Source: Spirochaetia bacterium (GTDB taxonomy: Bacteria; Spirochaetota; Spirochaetia; UBA9216). From it: DNA of 64,000 nucleotides. The stretch spans positions 4,768,001 through 4,832,000 of the forward strand of contig OY776510.1 in assembly GCA_963675665.1 (NCBI GenBank), read 5' to 3'. This document shows, in pieces, positions 37,209 to 46,904 of this stretch. Below the pieces are notes generated by a model that was given only the letters and a program-made list of their open reading frames with translations, was not told the origin of the DNA and did not search any database. Numbering within the stretch: position 1 is the first letter of the stretch; every line of letters begins with the position of its first letter. The position numbers were made by a program, and so were the translations under genes.

Positions 37209-39018
37209 TGCTTTGCTCACACTTAATGACATTTCTCTCTACAATGAAAATTTCGAAATTTTAAGCAAAATCAATCTCTCGCTCTTCCCGTCTGAAATTC
37301 ATTGTATTCTAGGAAAATACGGCAGCGGAAAATCAGAGCTGGCAAGAGTTCTGCGGGGCAGATTACGACCCGGAAAAGGTTTTATAGAAATTGATAATAA
37401 AAAATTCTCCTGGCTGAAGATAAAAGATTCCATAAAACTGGGGATTGCAGTTTTTCAACATGAAGATCTTTTCCAGGAAAATATAAAAGCCAAGGAATAT
37501 CTGTATGATAAATATTATTCCCATAATCTTACAATTCTCTCGGTTAAAAAAATAGACTCCTATTATTCACAGGTTGCAGAGAAATATTCTCTTACCTTCA
37601 GCGGCAACTGTGAACTCGGAGAGCTTACCATCTCGGAAAAATACTATCTCGGAATAGTAAGAATACTTGAGAAAAATCCAAAGATAATAGTTCTTGATGA
37701 AATTCTGGATAAACTGGACAAACGGTTTTTAATACCGGTAATGGAGTTACTTGAAGAAAAAAAAAGGCAGGGCTCAAACATCCTGATAATAACCAATAAT
37801 ATTGATGAGGTCTATAATATTGCAGAGCGGGTTTCAATCATTAAAAACGGAAGAATAATTTATACAGATTTTGTAAAGGAAATCGAAAAGATAAATCTTA
37901 TCAAACTTGCTTATGCTGAAATATCGCAAACCTATCCGGAAGATGAAGAAGATTTTTATCATCTTCTTAAATATAACGAAGCGATTCTCCTGGAACTGCC
38001 TTTAAATCTTATTATTATTGACAAAAACATGAAAGTAAAAATAGCCAATAGGAATGCCTGCGAGTTCTACAGACTTAAGAATACGCACATGGAATCAGTG
38101 ATGCTGGAAGATCTCTTTAAAGGGAATCAGCACGTCTTCAAGGTCTTAAAAAAGGCATTTCAGCAAAGAGAAGCAAAGGTTATATACAATTCTGTTCTTT
38201 CCTTCAATAATTCAAAACTGATAACCAATATAAAAACCTACCCTGTATTCGACGGTCCGGATTTCATTGGTTTTATAATTGCCCTTGAAGACGTAACTGT
38301 ACAGGAGAATATCCGCAAACAGCTTTACATGTCTGAGAACCTGTCTTCCATCGGACTCTTATCTGCAGGCGTTGCACATGAAATTAACAATCCCCTTGAA
38401 ATAATCTCAAACTGCACAAGTTATCTAAAGTACAATATAGACGATCCGGTACTTAATGATAAAATCAGAACCATTGAAGGGGAAATAGAGTCGATATCCA
38501 GTATTATAAGTAATTTAGTCGGCATAAGTCATAACAAGAGAGAGAAATTGGAACATTTTAATCTATTCAAGCTCATCGACACGCTCCAAACCTTATTATC
38601 GAAAAGTCTGTCGACAAAAAGGATAACGCTTCATCTGAGAAAGAGTAGTACCGAGATAGGTGTTTTTGCAGACATTACAGAGATAAAACAAATATTCCTA
38701 AACCTGATCAAGAACAGTATTGAATCAATAGGCTCAGACGGTAATATCTATATAGATCTTTTAAAAATCGACAGTAATAATATTCAAATATCCATAACCG
38801 ATGACGGAAACGGCATAGACGAGAATATGGTCAACAACCTTTTTCTTCCGTTTTATTCAACCAAATATGATGTTGGCAAGAATCAGGGACTTGGTCTGTA
38901 TATCATCTATGGAATAATAAAAAAGTATAACGGCGAAATAGAAGTTAAAAACCTGGATAAAGGCTGCTGTTTTACAATAAGAATGCCTATATTATTTGAT
39001 CTGAATAAAAATCTCTAA
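37195..39018 (+). CDS. Soluble histidine kinase with an N-terminal degenerate ABC-ATPase domain and a PAS-like domain
   Basis: aa 1-~240 resemble the N-half of RbsA (GKYGSGKS, IIVLDE); then PAS-like (IIDKNMKVKIAN...EDVT), H-box AHEINNPL, NLIKNS, DDGNGI, GLGL; no transmembrane stretch. Confidence 0.85.
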   Translation: MASINALLTLNDISLYNENFEILSKINLSLFPSEIHCILGKYGSGKSELARVLRGRLRPGKGFIEIDNKKFSWLKIKDSIKLGIAVFQHEDLFQENIKAKEYLYDKYYSHNLTILSVKKIDSYYSQVAEKYSLTFSGNCELGELTISEKYYLGIVRILEKNPKIIVLDEILDKLDKRFLIPVMELLEEKKRQGSNILIITNNIDEVYNIAERVSIIKNGRIIYTDFVKEIEKINLIKLAYAEISQTYPEDEEDFYHLLKYNEAILLELPLNLIIIDKNMKVKIANRNACEFYRLKNTHMESVMLEDLFKGNQHVFKVLKKAFQQREAKVIYNSVLSFNNSKLITNIKTYPVFDGPDFIGFIIALEDVTVQENIRKQLYMSENLSSIGLLSAGVAHEINNPLEIISNCTSYLKYNIDDPVLNDKIRTIEGEIESISSIISNLVGISHNKREKLEHFNLFKLIDTLQTLLSKSLSTKRITLHLRKSSTEIGVFADITEIKQIFLNLIKNSIESIGSDGNIYIDLLKIDSNNIQISITDDGNGIDENMVNNLFLPFYSTKYDVGKNQGLGLYIIYGIIKKYNGEIEVKNLDKGCCFTIRMPILFDLNKNL

Positions 39019-39103
39019 ACATAAATAAAACGGTCCCTGTAGACAAAATATTAATTATCTGCCCCCTTGATCACAATGCAACATCTATGGATATTAAATA
39101 TTA

Positions 39104-39967
39104 ATGACAAACAAACTTGCTGCATCCAGGCTAAAACCGATCCTGCTTGTTCTTACTGCTACACTTCTCTTCAGCATAGGGGCACCGATAGGGAAAATTA
39201 CATCAAGCTCGCCGTTTGTACTTACCTTTTTCAGATGTCTTACCGGACTTATTGTTTTCGCCATAGTACATATTATCAAAGGCCGCGGTCCGCTGTTTAT
39301 AGTCAAATCTGAATTTATAATCGGTGGAGCTCTCTATGCTTCAACTTCAATTTGCTTCTATATAGCATTGAATTACACAACAGCGGCAAACGTTACGGTA
39401 CTGGGAAATACATCTCCCTTCTTTCTGGCTATTTTGGGATTCCTGTTCCTTCATGAAAAACCTTTAAACCGGGACTGGATTATTTTGCTGTTAATAATGT
39501 CCGGAATTTTCCTGTGTTTCAAGAGCGGGTTATCATTCAAGGGAGCAAGAGGCGATCTTCTGTCGCTGCTGGCCGGATTTCTTTTTTCAATTTTAGTTGT
39601 AATATTAAAGAAATGTGATTCGGAAAATACCATGCAACCTCTTATCTGGGGAAGCCTGATTGCATCCATAGCAACTCTACCTGCACTATTCAGTCCGGGA
39701 GCTATCATCCTGAAGAATATTCCTTTTTTTATAATTCTCGGTATCTTTCAGATGGCTATACCGTTTTTTCTTTATGCGAAAGGGCAACAAAGTATGGGAG
39801 CTATGGAAGCATCACTTTTCAAACTTCTTGAACCGGTCGCAGCTACAATCTGGACCGCTTTACTTGTAGGCGAGATTCCGACACTTTATTCAATAATCGG
39901 CGGAGTCCTGGTGATTGCCGCTCTTTTTTGCAAAACCTTTCTTGAGTATCGCAACAGCTTAAAATAA
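39104..39967 (+). CDS. DMT/EamA-family transporter
   Basis: About 10 hydrophobic segments; FFR, TSPFF...LHEK, LLEPV. Confidence 0.85.
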   Translation: MTNKLAASRLKPILLVLTATLLFSIGAPIGKITSSSPFVLTFFRCLTGLIVFAIVHIIKGRGPLFIVKSEFIIGGALYASTSICFYIALNYTTAANVTVLGNTSPFFLAILGFLFLHEKPLNRDWIILLLIMSGIFLCFKSGLSFKGARGDLLSLLAGFLFSILVVILKKCDSENTMQPLIWGSLIASIATLPALFSPGAIILKNIPFFIILGIFQMAIPFFLYAKGQQSMGAMEASLFKLLEPVAATIWTALLVGEIPTLYSIIGGVLVIAALFCKTFLEYRNSLK

Positions 39968-39970
39968 AAT

Positions 39971-40034
39971 TTGACAGCACAATTATCCTGTGTTACTATG
40001 TTTTCTATCAGAAACTTGGTTTCTAATTAGAAAC
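39971..40034 (+). promoter_or_regulatory. Sigma-70 promoter of TRAP-kduID with an IclR/KdgR-like operator
   Basis: TTGACA-17-TACTAT; GTTTTCTATCAGAAAC (40000-40015) and perfect palindrome GTTTCTAATTAGAAAC (40019-40034); their junction reads GAAAC-TTG-GTTTC. Confidence 0.65.
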
Positions 40035-40048
40035 AATGGAGGAAAAAA

Positions 40049-41065
40049 ATGAAAAGGATAATTGCATGCCTGATAGCAGTAATTCTGCTTGCAGGAGTCG
40101 CGTTTGCTGAAGGACAGCAGGAGAAAGCGGGCGGGGATGAGGCCCAGAAAACCTATGTATTCAAATATGCTCATACCCAGTCACCAAACCATCCGAGAAG
40201 TAAATCGATGGACTTCTTCAAAGAACAGCTTGAGAAAGCAAGTAACGGAAGAATCAAGGTTGAACTTTATTTTAATGGTGTTCTGGGGACAGAAGCTGAA
40301 GTTCTTGACATGGTAAAACTCGGCGACATACAGGGAAGCCGCGGGGGCCTGTTTGAAAGAGCAAACAAAAAGTTCCTGATTTATACTCTTCCCTTTATGT
40401 TTAATAATACCGATCAGGTTCAGGAAGTAATGTTCGGCCCGATTGGACAGGAGATTAACAAGGGTGCACTTGCCAACGGTATATATATTCCTGCTACCGG
40501 TGTTGCCGGCGGATTCAGAAATATCACCAATAACGTTCGTCCGATTAATACCGTAGCCGATCTCAAGGGACTTAAAATGAGGACGCCGCCGATTGATATG
40601 ACAATTAAAACATTTAAAGCTCTGGGCGCAAATCCTCAGCAGGTTGCATATACAGAAACCTACATGGCTCTTAAAACAGGCGTTGTAGACGGACAGGAAA
40701 ACCCGTTCTCCAACACTGTTGATATGAAATTCTACGAAGCACAGAAATATCTATCTCTTGTAAACTGGCAAATTCATCCGGATCCTTTCTATGTAAACCC
40801 CGACTGGTATAACTCGCTTTCTGACGACCTGAAAGCAATTTTCGACTCAGTTGCTGAATCGACCATAAAATATTCCAACGAAAAATGGCTCGGGAGTGAA
40901 AAGGATTATTTCTATACTCTCAAGGAAAATCTTGAAGTAAACGAAGTAAGCGCTGCAAATCATGCAGGATTCGTAAAAGCCGCCGAACCGGTTTGGCAAG
41001 GTTATGTTGACGACGGGTTCTTCACATGGGATGAGATAAACGCAATACTCGACTCTGTTAAATAG
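40049..41065 (+). CDS. dctP: TRAP transporter substrate-binding protein
   Basis: GFRNIT, DLKGLKMR, GVVDGQENP. Confidence 0.92.
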   Translation: MKRIIACLIAVILLAGVAFAEGQQEKAGGDEAQKTYVFKYAHTQSPNHPRSKSMDFFKEQLEKASNGRIKVELYFNGVLGTEAEVLDMVKLGDIQGSRGGLFERANKKFLIYTLPFMFNNTDQVQEVMFGPIGQEINKGALANGIYIPATGVAGGFRNITNNVRPINTVADLKGLKMRTPPIDMTIKTFKALGANPQQVAYTETYMALKTGVVDGQENPFSNTVDMKFYEAQKYLSLVNWQIHPDPFYVNPDWYNSLSDDLKAIFDSVAESTIKYSNEKWLGSEKDYFYTLKENLEVNEVSAANHAGFVKAAEPVWQGYVDDGFFTWDEINAILDSVK

Positions 41066-41083
41066 GATTATATTCGATAAAAC

Positions 41084-41106
41084 ACCGGGGCCTGTTAAGC
41101 CCCGGT
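41084..41106 (+). terminator. Stem-loop after dctP
   Basis: ACCGGGGC-N7-GCCCCGGT. Confidence 0.55.
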
Positions 41107-41134
41107 AATCTTTTAGAGGGAGAATTCCAATACT

Positions 41135-41638
41135 ATGGAAGAAAAAAACTCTTCTGCTGTATCAAGAGTTGAAACTGTACTGAACAGGATTCTTAATTCA
41201 CTTATAACAGTTGTGTTCTTCGTTATCGTCGTTTTAACAATTTTACTGGTCATTCTGAGATATGTATTTAATACGGGGATTATAGGCGGCAACGAACTTA
41301 TGGAATACCTGTTTGTCTATACAACAGCTATAGGTGCCGCAATAGCAATAGGAAAAAATGAACATATACGCATCAACTTTTTCATGGAAAGCAGAGGCCC
41401 GGTATTGAAAAAAGTATCGGATCTGTTCGGGATTGCATGTATAGCCCTGATAAATATTGTTTTTATGTATCTGAGCTATAGATGGATATCCAGGGTCGGC
41501 GGAAATGAATCTCCGGTACTGAGAGTACCAATGAGAATAATTCAGGTCAGCGTACCGGCCGGATGTATTCTTTCGGTAATTTACTGCGGATTTAATACAT
41601 ATAAAATCATCACAAATAAGGGAGATGGAATTAAATAA
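41135..41638 (+). CDS. dctQ: TRAP small permease
   Basis: 4 TM; VILRY, EL..YLF, HIRI. Confidence 0.9.
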   Translation: MEEKNSSAVSRVETVLNRILNSLITVVFFVIVVLTILLVILRYVFNTGIIGGNELMEYLFVYTTAIGAAIAIGKNEHIRINFFMESRGPVLKKVSDLFGIACIALINIVFMYLSYRWISRVGGNESPVLRVPMRIIQVSVPAGCILSVIYCGFNTYKIITNKGDGIK

Positions 41639-42912
41639 TGGCAATTTTATTAATCAGTCTTGCAGCACTATTAATTCTGGGTGTTCCCATAGCATATTCG
41701 CTTGGAGTCTCCGGTTTTCTGTATTTCGTAATTCAGCAGCCTGATTTGATATCGGTTCTTCCCCAAAGGTTTTTTGCCGGCATGCAGTCATATTCAATGA
41801 TTGCGCTGCCGCTTTTCTGCCTGATGGGCTCGCTTATGAACGCAAGCGGCATAACGACCAGGCTGATTGATTTCTGCATGCTTATAATAGGCCGCCTGCG
41901 GGGCGGTCTGGGTATGGTTAATGTCTTTGCCAGCATGATATTCGGCGGAATCTCGGGGTCATCGGTTTCAGACACTGCATCGGTAGGCGCCATTCTGATA
42001 CCCGAAATGAACAAAAAAGGATATTCACTTGAGTATGCAAGCGGCATAACTGTTGCTTCATCAACAATGGGAATGATTATCCCGCCCAGCGTTCCAATGG
42101 TCATCTACGCAATGGCGGCTGAAGAGTCAGTGGGAAAACTTTTCCTCGGAAGCGCCATACCCGGCTTTATGATCGGCCTGATAATGCTCGGAATCACTTT
42201 CGGAATAAGCTATACAAAAAAACATCCGCGGGAAGAGCGAAATCTCAACAGAAAAGAAAAACTGATAACCATACAGCGTTCAATTCTGTCAATAATAATG
42301 CCCCTCTTTGTTATAGGATCAGTTGTCCTTGGGATAGCAACTGCAACAGAATCAGCCGGTATCGGCGTTCTGTACGCATTTATTATAGGAACATTCGTTT
42401 TTAAAACACTGAAACTTAAAGATCTGCCGCCGCTGATCAAGGAAGCGGCTATTACCTCTGCCAAAGTAATGATAATCATTGCCATGTCGAAACTGTACAT
42501 CTGGATCCTGGCCATTGAAAGGGTCCCTGATGCTCTCGCTCTTTTTGTCTCGGGTCTGGAGCTTCCGCCTTTTATGATCCTTATAATCATTGATATTATT
42601 ATACTGCTGGCCGGCACTTTTCTTGATGTAAGCCCTGCAATCCTGCTGTTAACACCGATATTCCTTCCCATTGCCCAGCTTCTGGGTGTGGAGGCAGTAC
42701 AATTCGGAGTAATTCTGATATCCGGTCTTGCTGTAGGCCTTGTTACTCCTCCGGTAGGGATGTGTCTTAATGTAGCATCATCAATTTCAGGGCTTGAAAT
42801 CGGAACAATCTTCAAATCTGCAGTACCTTTTTTAACGGCTAATCTGGTGACGTTGCTCGCCATAACTTTTATACCGCAACTAACACTATTGTTGCCATCA
42901 CTTTTTATGTAA
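41638..42912 (+). CDS. dctM: TRAP large permease
   Basis: GISGSSVSD, IIPPS, ATATES, TPPVG. Confidence 0.93.
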   Translation: MAILLISLAALLILGVPIAYSLGVSGFLYFVIQQPDLISVLPQRFFAGMQSYSMIALPLFCLMGSLMNASGITTRLIDFCMLIIGRLRGGLGMVNVFASMIFGGISGSSVSDTASVGAILIPEMNKKGYSLEYASGITVASSTMGMIIPPSVPMVIYAMAAEESVGKLFLGSAIPGFMIGLIMLGITFGISYTKKHPREERNLNRKEKLITIQRSILSIIMPLFVIGSVVLGIATATESAGIGVLYAFIIGTFVFKTLKLKDLPPLIKEAAITSAKVMIIIAMSKLYIWILAIERVPDALALFVSGLELPPFMILIIIDIIILLAGTFLDVSPAILLLTPIFLPIAQLLGVEAVQFGVILISGLAVGLVTPPVGMCLNVASSISGLEIGTIFKSAVPFLTANLVTLLAITFIPQLTLLLPSLFM

Positions 42913-42929
42913 CTTGAAGGAGTTTTATA

Positions 42930-43760
42930 ATGGATATCAGATATCCCGTTCATCCCGATCACGGAAAAAAAATGGATACATCCGAACTAAGGAAAGAGTT
43001 TCTTATTCAGAATCTTTTTGAGAAGGACAAGGCTAAACTTACATACAGTCATGTCGACAGAATTATAACCGCGGGCATTTGTCCGGCTTTAAAACCATTA
43101 TCGCTTGACGGCGGCTCAGAACTTGCAAGTGAATATTTCTTTGAACGCCGTGAAGGCGGCGTTATAAATATCGGGGGGAATGGGGCCCTTGTACTTGACG
43201 GTAAAACCTATGAAATGGAACAGAATGACGGGTTTTACATCGGCATGGAAGCAAAGGAAATATCTTTCTCCAGTAAATCAGCAGACGATCCTGCGAAATT
43301 CTATTTGCTGTCGGGACCGGCACACAAGGCCTATCCGTCCAAATGGATCCCGCTCGCAGAAACAAAGGAAGTACACCTGGGTTCGCTTGAAGAATCCAAC
43401 GAGCGGACAATTCACCAGTATGTACATCCGGCAGTTGTCGAAAGCTGCCAGCTTTGTATGGGAATGACAATCCTTGAACCCAACTGCATCTGGAATACCA
43501 TGCCGGTACATACCCATGAAAGAAGAATGGAAGTGTATATGTACTTTAATATGGAAGAAGACACTGTTGTGTTTCACCTGATGGGAACTCCGGATGAAAC
43601 CCGCCATGTTGTTATGAGAAACGAAGAAGCAATAATATCTCCAAGCTGGTCAATCCATTCAGGTGCCGGGACCAAAAACTACACGTTCATCTGGGGAATG
43701 GTAGGAGAAAACCAGACCTTTACTGATATGGATCATGTTAATATGAAGGACTTAAAATAA
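42930..43760 (+). CDS. kduI: 5-keto-4-deoxyuronate isomerase
   Basis: YSHVDR, RREGGVINIGG, WNTMPVHTHERRMEVY, SPSWSIHSG. Confidence 0.96.
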   Translation: MDIRYPVHPDHGKKMDTSELRKEFLIQNLFEKDKAKLTYSHVDRIITAGICPALKPLSLDGGSELASEYFFERREGGVINIGGNGALVLDGKTYEMEQNDGFYIGMEAKEISFSSKSADDPAKFYLLSGPAHKAYPSKWIPLAETKEVHLGSLEESNERTIHQYVHPAVVESCQLCMGMTILEPNCIWNTMPVHTHERRMEVYMYFNMEEDTVVFHLMGTPDETRHVVMRNEEAIISPSWSIHSGAGTKNYTFIWGMVGENQTFTDMDHVNMKDLK

Positions 43761-43770
43761 GGAGTAAAAA

Positions 43771-44532
43771 ATGATACTGGATGATTTTAAATTGAAAGAC
43801 AAGGTTGCTGTTGTAACAGGCTGTTCAACAGGGCTTGGTCAGGGAATATGCCTTGGTATGGCTGAAGCAGGAGCAAAGGTAGTCGGCGTTGATTACGTAG
43901 ATGCTCCGGAAACTGAAGATATGATCAAAAAAAACGGCGGGCAGTTTCTCGGCATAAAGGCCAACCTGCTTACTACCGAACCTGTTCAGCCAATTATAGA
44001 TCAGGCAATTGCGGAATTCGGCTCACTTAATATTCTTGTAAACAATGCAGGAATAATAAGACGTGAAGATTCCATAAATTTCACGGAAAAAGACTGGGAT
44101 GATGTAATGAATATAAATATCAAAACAGTATTTTTCTTTTGCCAGGCTGCGGCCAAAGTTTTTATGAAACAGGGCTCCGGCGGGAAAATAATCAATATTG
44201 CTTCGATGCTGTCTTTTCAGGGCGGAATCAGGGTTCCTTCATACACCGCGAGTAAAAGCGCTGTTATGGGACTTACCAGGCTGCTTGCCTGCGAATGGGC
44301 GAAGGATAATATTAATGTAAATGCAATTGCTCCCGGTTACATGAATACAAACAACACCGAGCAGCTCAGAAAGGATCCGAAACGATCAGCAGAAATCCTT
44401 AACCGTATTCCGGCCGACAGATGGGGATTACCAAAAGATGTTGCCGGCCCTGCTGTATTTCTTGCGTCTTCAGCGTCAGATTATATAAATGGTTACACCA
44501 TAGCAGTAGACGGTGGATGGTTGGCAAGATAG
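43771..44532 (+). CDS. kduD: 2-keto-3-deoxy-D-gluconate 5-dehydrogenase
   Basis: GCSTGLGQG, NNAGIIRR, SFQGGIRVPSYTASKS, VDGGWLAR. Confidence 0.96.
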   Translation: MILDDFKLKDKVAVVTGCSTGLGQGICLGMAEAGAKVVGVDYVDAPETEDMIKKNGGQFLGIKANLLTTEPVQPIIDQAIAEFGSLNILVNNAGIIRREDSINFTEKDWDDVMNINIKTVFFFCQAAAKVFMKQGSGGKIINIASMLSFQGGIRVPSYTASKSAVMGLTRLLACEWAKDNINVNAIAPGYMNTNNTEQLRKDPKRSAEILNRIPADRWGLPKDVAGPAVFLASSASDYINGYTIAVDGGWLAR

Positions 44533-44548
44533 TGAATTGAAAACAATT

Positions 44549-44580
44549 GCCCGGAGCCCCAACTCCGGGCTTTCAATTTT
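44549..44580 (+). terminator. Intrinsic terminator after kduD
   Basis: GCCCGGAG-N6-CTCCGGGC followed by TTTCAATTTT. Confidence 0.7.
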
Positions 44581-44629
44581 ATAATTAAATGATATAATTT
44601 TCAGGATTTTATAAAATACGGAGAGTTAA

Positions 44630-45391
44630 ATGGCTTCATCTTACACAATACCCGTGCTTGAAAAGACTTTCGCCGTCATTAGATGTATCTCAAATCACGA
44701 TGACGGGTTAACATTGAGTGATATTGTAAAAAAGCTGGAAGCGCCCAAATCGACAGTTTTTAAAATCCTGCATACTCTGGAAAAAGAATTAATTGTAGAA
44801 AAGAAGAACGATCGTTATTTTCTGGGCAGCATGCTCATCCACTACGGGCTGCATACACTTTCACAACGTGATTTGAAAGCTGTTGCAAACCCTTTTTTAT
44901 ACTCTTTGATGGAAGAAACCGGAGAAACCGCACATCTTGCAGTTCCGGTAGGCATGCAAAGCATGATTCTTGACGTAGTTCTCACCACCCATCCCATAAG
45001 ATTCTCCTCCCCGGTAGGAAGCCTTTTCCCGCTGTACTGTACATCACACGGAAAAACAGTTCTGGCATTTACTGAAGACTTTACCGTCGATGAATATCTT
45101 GAGAACAACAGCCTGCTTGTACGCACCGATAAAACAATCACTGATCCGGATGACTTGCGAACAGAAATTGACAAAATTAGAGCACAGGGCTATTCCATGG
45201 ACGAAATAGAATTCGCCGATGACATTCGGTGCTGCGCCGCACCGGTCAGAGACAATAAAGGTAAAATGATAGGAGCTGTCGGAATTACATCGACTGTAAT
45301 AACTTTCAGCGAAGACAGAATTGACGAGATCGCAAAATCCGTTAAAGCAACAGCCAAAAAAATATCAACTGAAATGGGGTACAGGGGATGA
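44630..45391 (+). CDS. IclR-family regulator (KdgR-like by context)
   Basis: PKSTVFKIL HTH, TGETAHL, PLYCTSHGK, CCAAPV. Confidence 0.9.
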   Translation: MASSYTIPVLEKTFAVIRCISNHDDGLTLSDIVKKLEAPKSTVFKILHTLEKELIVEKKNDRYFLGSMLIHYGLHTLSQRDLKAVANPFLYSLMEETGETAHLAVPVGMQSMILDVVLTTHPIRFSSPVGSLFPLYCTSHGKTVLAFTEDFTVDEYLENNSLLVRTDKTITDPDDLRTEIDKIRAQGYSMDEIEFADDIRCCAAPVRDNKGKMIGAVGITSTVITFSEDRIDEIAKSVKATAKKISTEMGYRG

Positions 45392-45603
45392 ACATTAAAG
45401 CTTTAAAAGTAATCAATATTCTGCTGCTTATAGATTTTCTTGTTATTGGAGTTACGGCGATACTGAATAATATGATACAGGCAACCGGGTTATATTTTAT
45501 ATTTCATGCTGTTCCCGGTTTCCTGTTTCTGGTACTTGCAGTCTGCCATTTAGTTCTAAACAGAAAATGGCTAAAAACCAATTACTTCTCTAGAAAGAAA
45601 TAA
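45388..45603 (+). CDS. Small 2-TM membrane protein, DUF4405-like
   Basis: Two hydrophobic helices; H..PG.LF...CHLVLN.KW pattern; ATGA overlap with iclR. Confidence 0.6.
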   Translation: MNIKALKVINILLLIDFLVIGVTAILNNMIQATGLYFIFHAVPGFLFLVLAVCHLVLNRKWLKTNYFSRKK

Positions 45604-46051
45604 CGGTACTGTCGCGGTACCGGTGCATGGATGTGAAATTATCCCGTGCTCCGTATGCAACTATTACAGGAAGTTTACTTGCCCCGGATCCTGTAAAATC
45701 CGATTTTAAAACTGTAAACTTAACAGTCGTAACTCCGTCCGTTTCTTCTACTTCATAAACAACAGGTCTCTGGATATCTGTTTTCTGATGACCATGCCCC
45801 TTACCAAGATGTTCTTCAAAAAAAGCTTCTCCGTCTTTATTATATCCTATAAATATTGCGGATCCGTCCATTCTTGAACTTCCGAGTCCAACAGCTATCC
45901 AGCCCTTTGTCTCTGCCTTCAGGCTGATAGTCAGCTCATCGCCGTCCAAACCCCATTCAAGGCTGGCTTTTTTAAGTTCAATCAGGTTCTCTGCTGTGAC
46001 AAAACCGGTAATAATGAAAAGCAACAATGATACAATCAACAATTTCTTCAT
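45590..46051 (-). CDS. Exported DOMON-domain protein
   Basis: Signal peptide; GWIAVGLG...M motif and C-terminal MH (candidate Met/His heme ligands). Confidence 0.75.
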   Translation of the reverse strand: MKKLLIVSLLLFIITGFVTAENLIELKKASLEWGLDGDELTISLKAETKGWIAVGLGSSRMDGSAIFIGYNKDGEAFFEEHLGKGHGHQKTDIQRPVVYEVEETDGVTTVKFTVLKSDFTGSGASKLPVIVAYGARDNFTSMHRYRDSTVISF

Positions 46052-46165
46052 AATAAACTCCTTATATAGAAAATATTATTAAATTTATAACCGGTCAATA
46101 TCTTTCTTTTCGTGATTGGTTGATCTTCCAATAATCTCCGGAAGACCGAAATGTTTTCGATATAT

Positions 46166-46816
46166 TTATTTAAAATAATAACTGTTCAGATGTATGGATA
46201 CCAATTTTTCAGCCTGCTCAACATTATGCTGATTGACGGCTTCGATGATATCCAAATGGAGGCTGACGCTGGATTTAATAGACTCGGGGGAGAGATCTTC
46301 GATATTCCGTAACAGCTGCACTTTCAGGTCAAGTTTTTCTACAAAATCCTGCAGATATTCATTTCCGGAATATTCCGCCATCTTGCGGTGGAATTTACTG
46401 TCGGCTTCAAAACACAGGGCGACTTCATTTTTTTCAGCATATTCAATAGTTTTTTCAGCTATCTCTCTAAGCTCATGATACTGTTCTTCCGTTATTTTTT
46501 CTGACAGCAGTCTGACGGAAAGCGTATCAAGCTGGATTCTAAGCAATCCTATATCAGTTCTGTCTTCCGGGCGGATTCGGACTACCTCCGCATATTTTCT
46601 TGGATAAATAGTTACCAGGCCGTTCTTTTGAAGTTCACGCAAGGCTTCACGAATAGGAGTTCTGCTGACCCCGAACACATTGCCGATAGCTTCTTCAGGT
46701 ATTCTCTGTCCGCCTTTCAGCTCCTGGGTTATAATCAACCGCTTGATATGGGAATATACCTGTGCTGAAAGATTGCTCTTTTCTATATTTTTTTTTACTT
46801 CCTTCAGATCTGCCAT
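46166..46816 (-). CDS. GntR-family (FCD) regulator
   Basis: GVSRTPIREA, DSKFH...SGN; own promoter TTTACA-17-TATACT 9 nt before the ATG. Confidence 0.92.
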   Translation of the reverse strand: MADLKEVKKNIEKSNLSAQVYSHIKRLIITQELKGGQRIPEEAIGNVFGVSRTPIREALRELQKNGLVTIYPRKYAEVVRIRPEDRTDIGLLRIQLDTLSVRLLSEKITEEQYHELREIAEKTIEYAEKNEVALCFEADSKFHRKMAEYSGNEYLQDFVEKLDLKVQLLRNIEDLSPESIKSSVSLHLDIIEAVNQHNVEQAEKLVSIHLNSYYFK

Positions 46817-46860
46817 ACTGGTTCCAGTATATTGTAACCCGATACTGTTGTAAACTACTT

Positions 46861-46900
46861 AAAAATTCCTGCCTGCCCATCCAGGCAGACAGGAATTTTA
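46861..46900. terminator. Intrinsic terminator ending the GRE operon
   Basis: AAAATTCCTG.CTGCC-N6-GGCAG.CAGGAATTTT; U-tract on the minus strand. Confidence 0.75.
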
Positions 46901-46904
46901 TTAT

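Noticed and set aside
42210-42962. 250-aa minus-strand ORF
   Set aside because: Antisense to dctM, with mirror-codon composition.
46861-46900. Fourth copy of the NUCCAU hairpin
   Set aside because: The loop (CATCCA) and orientation differ, and it sits 3' of a gene with a U-tract, so a terminator is the simpler reading.
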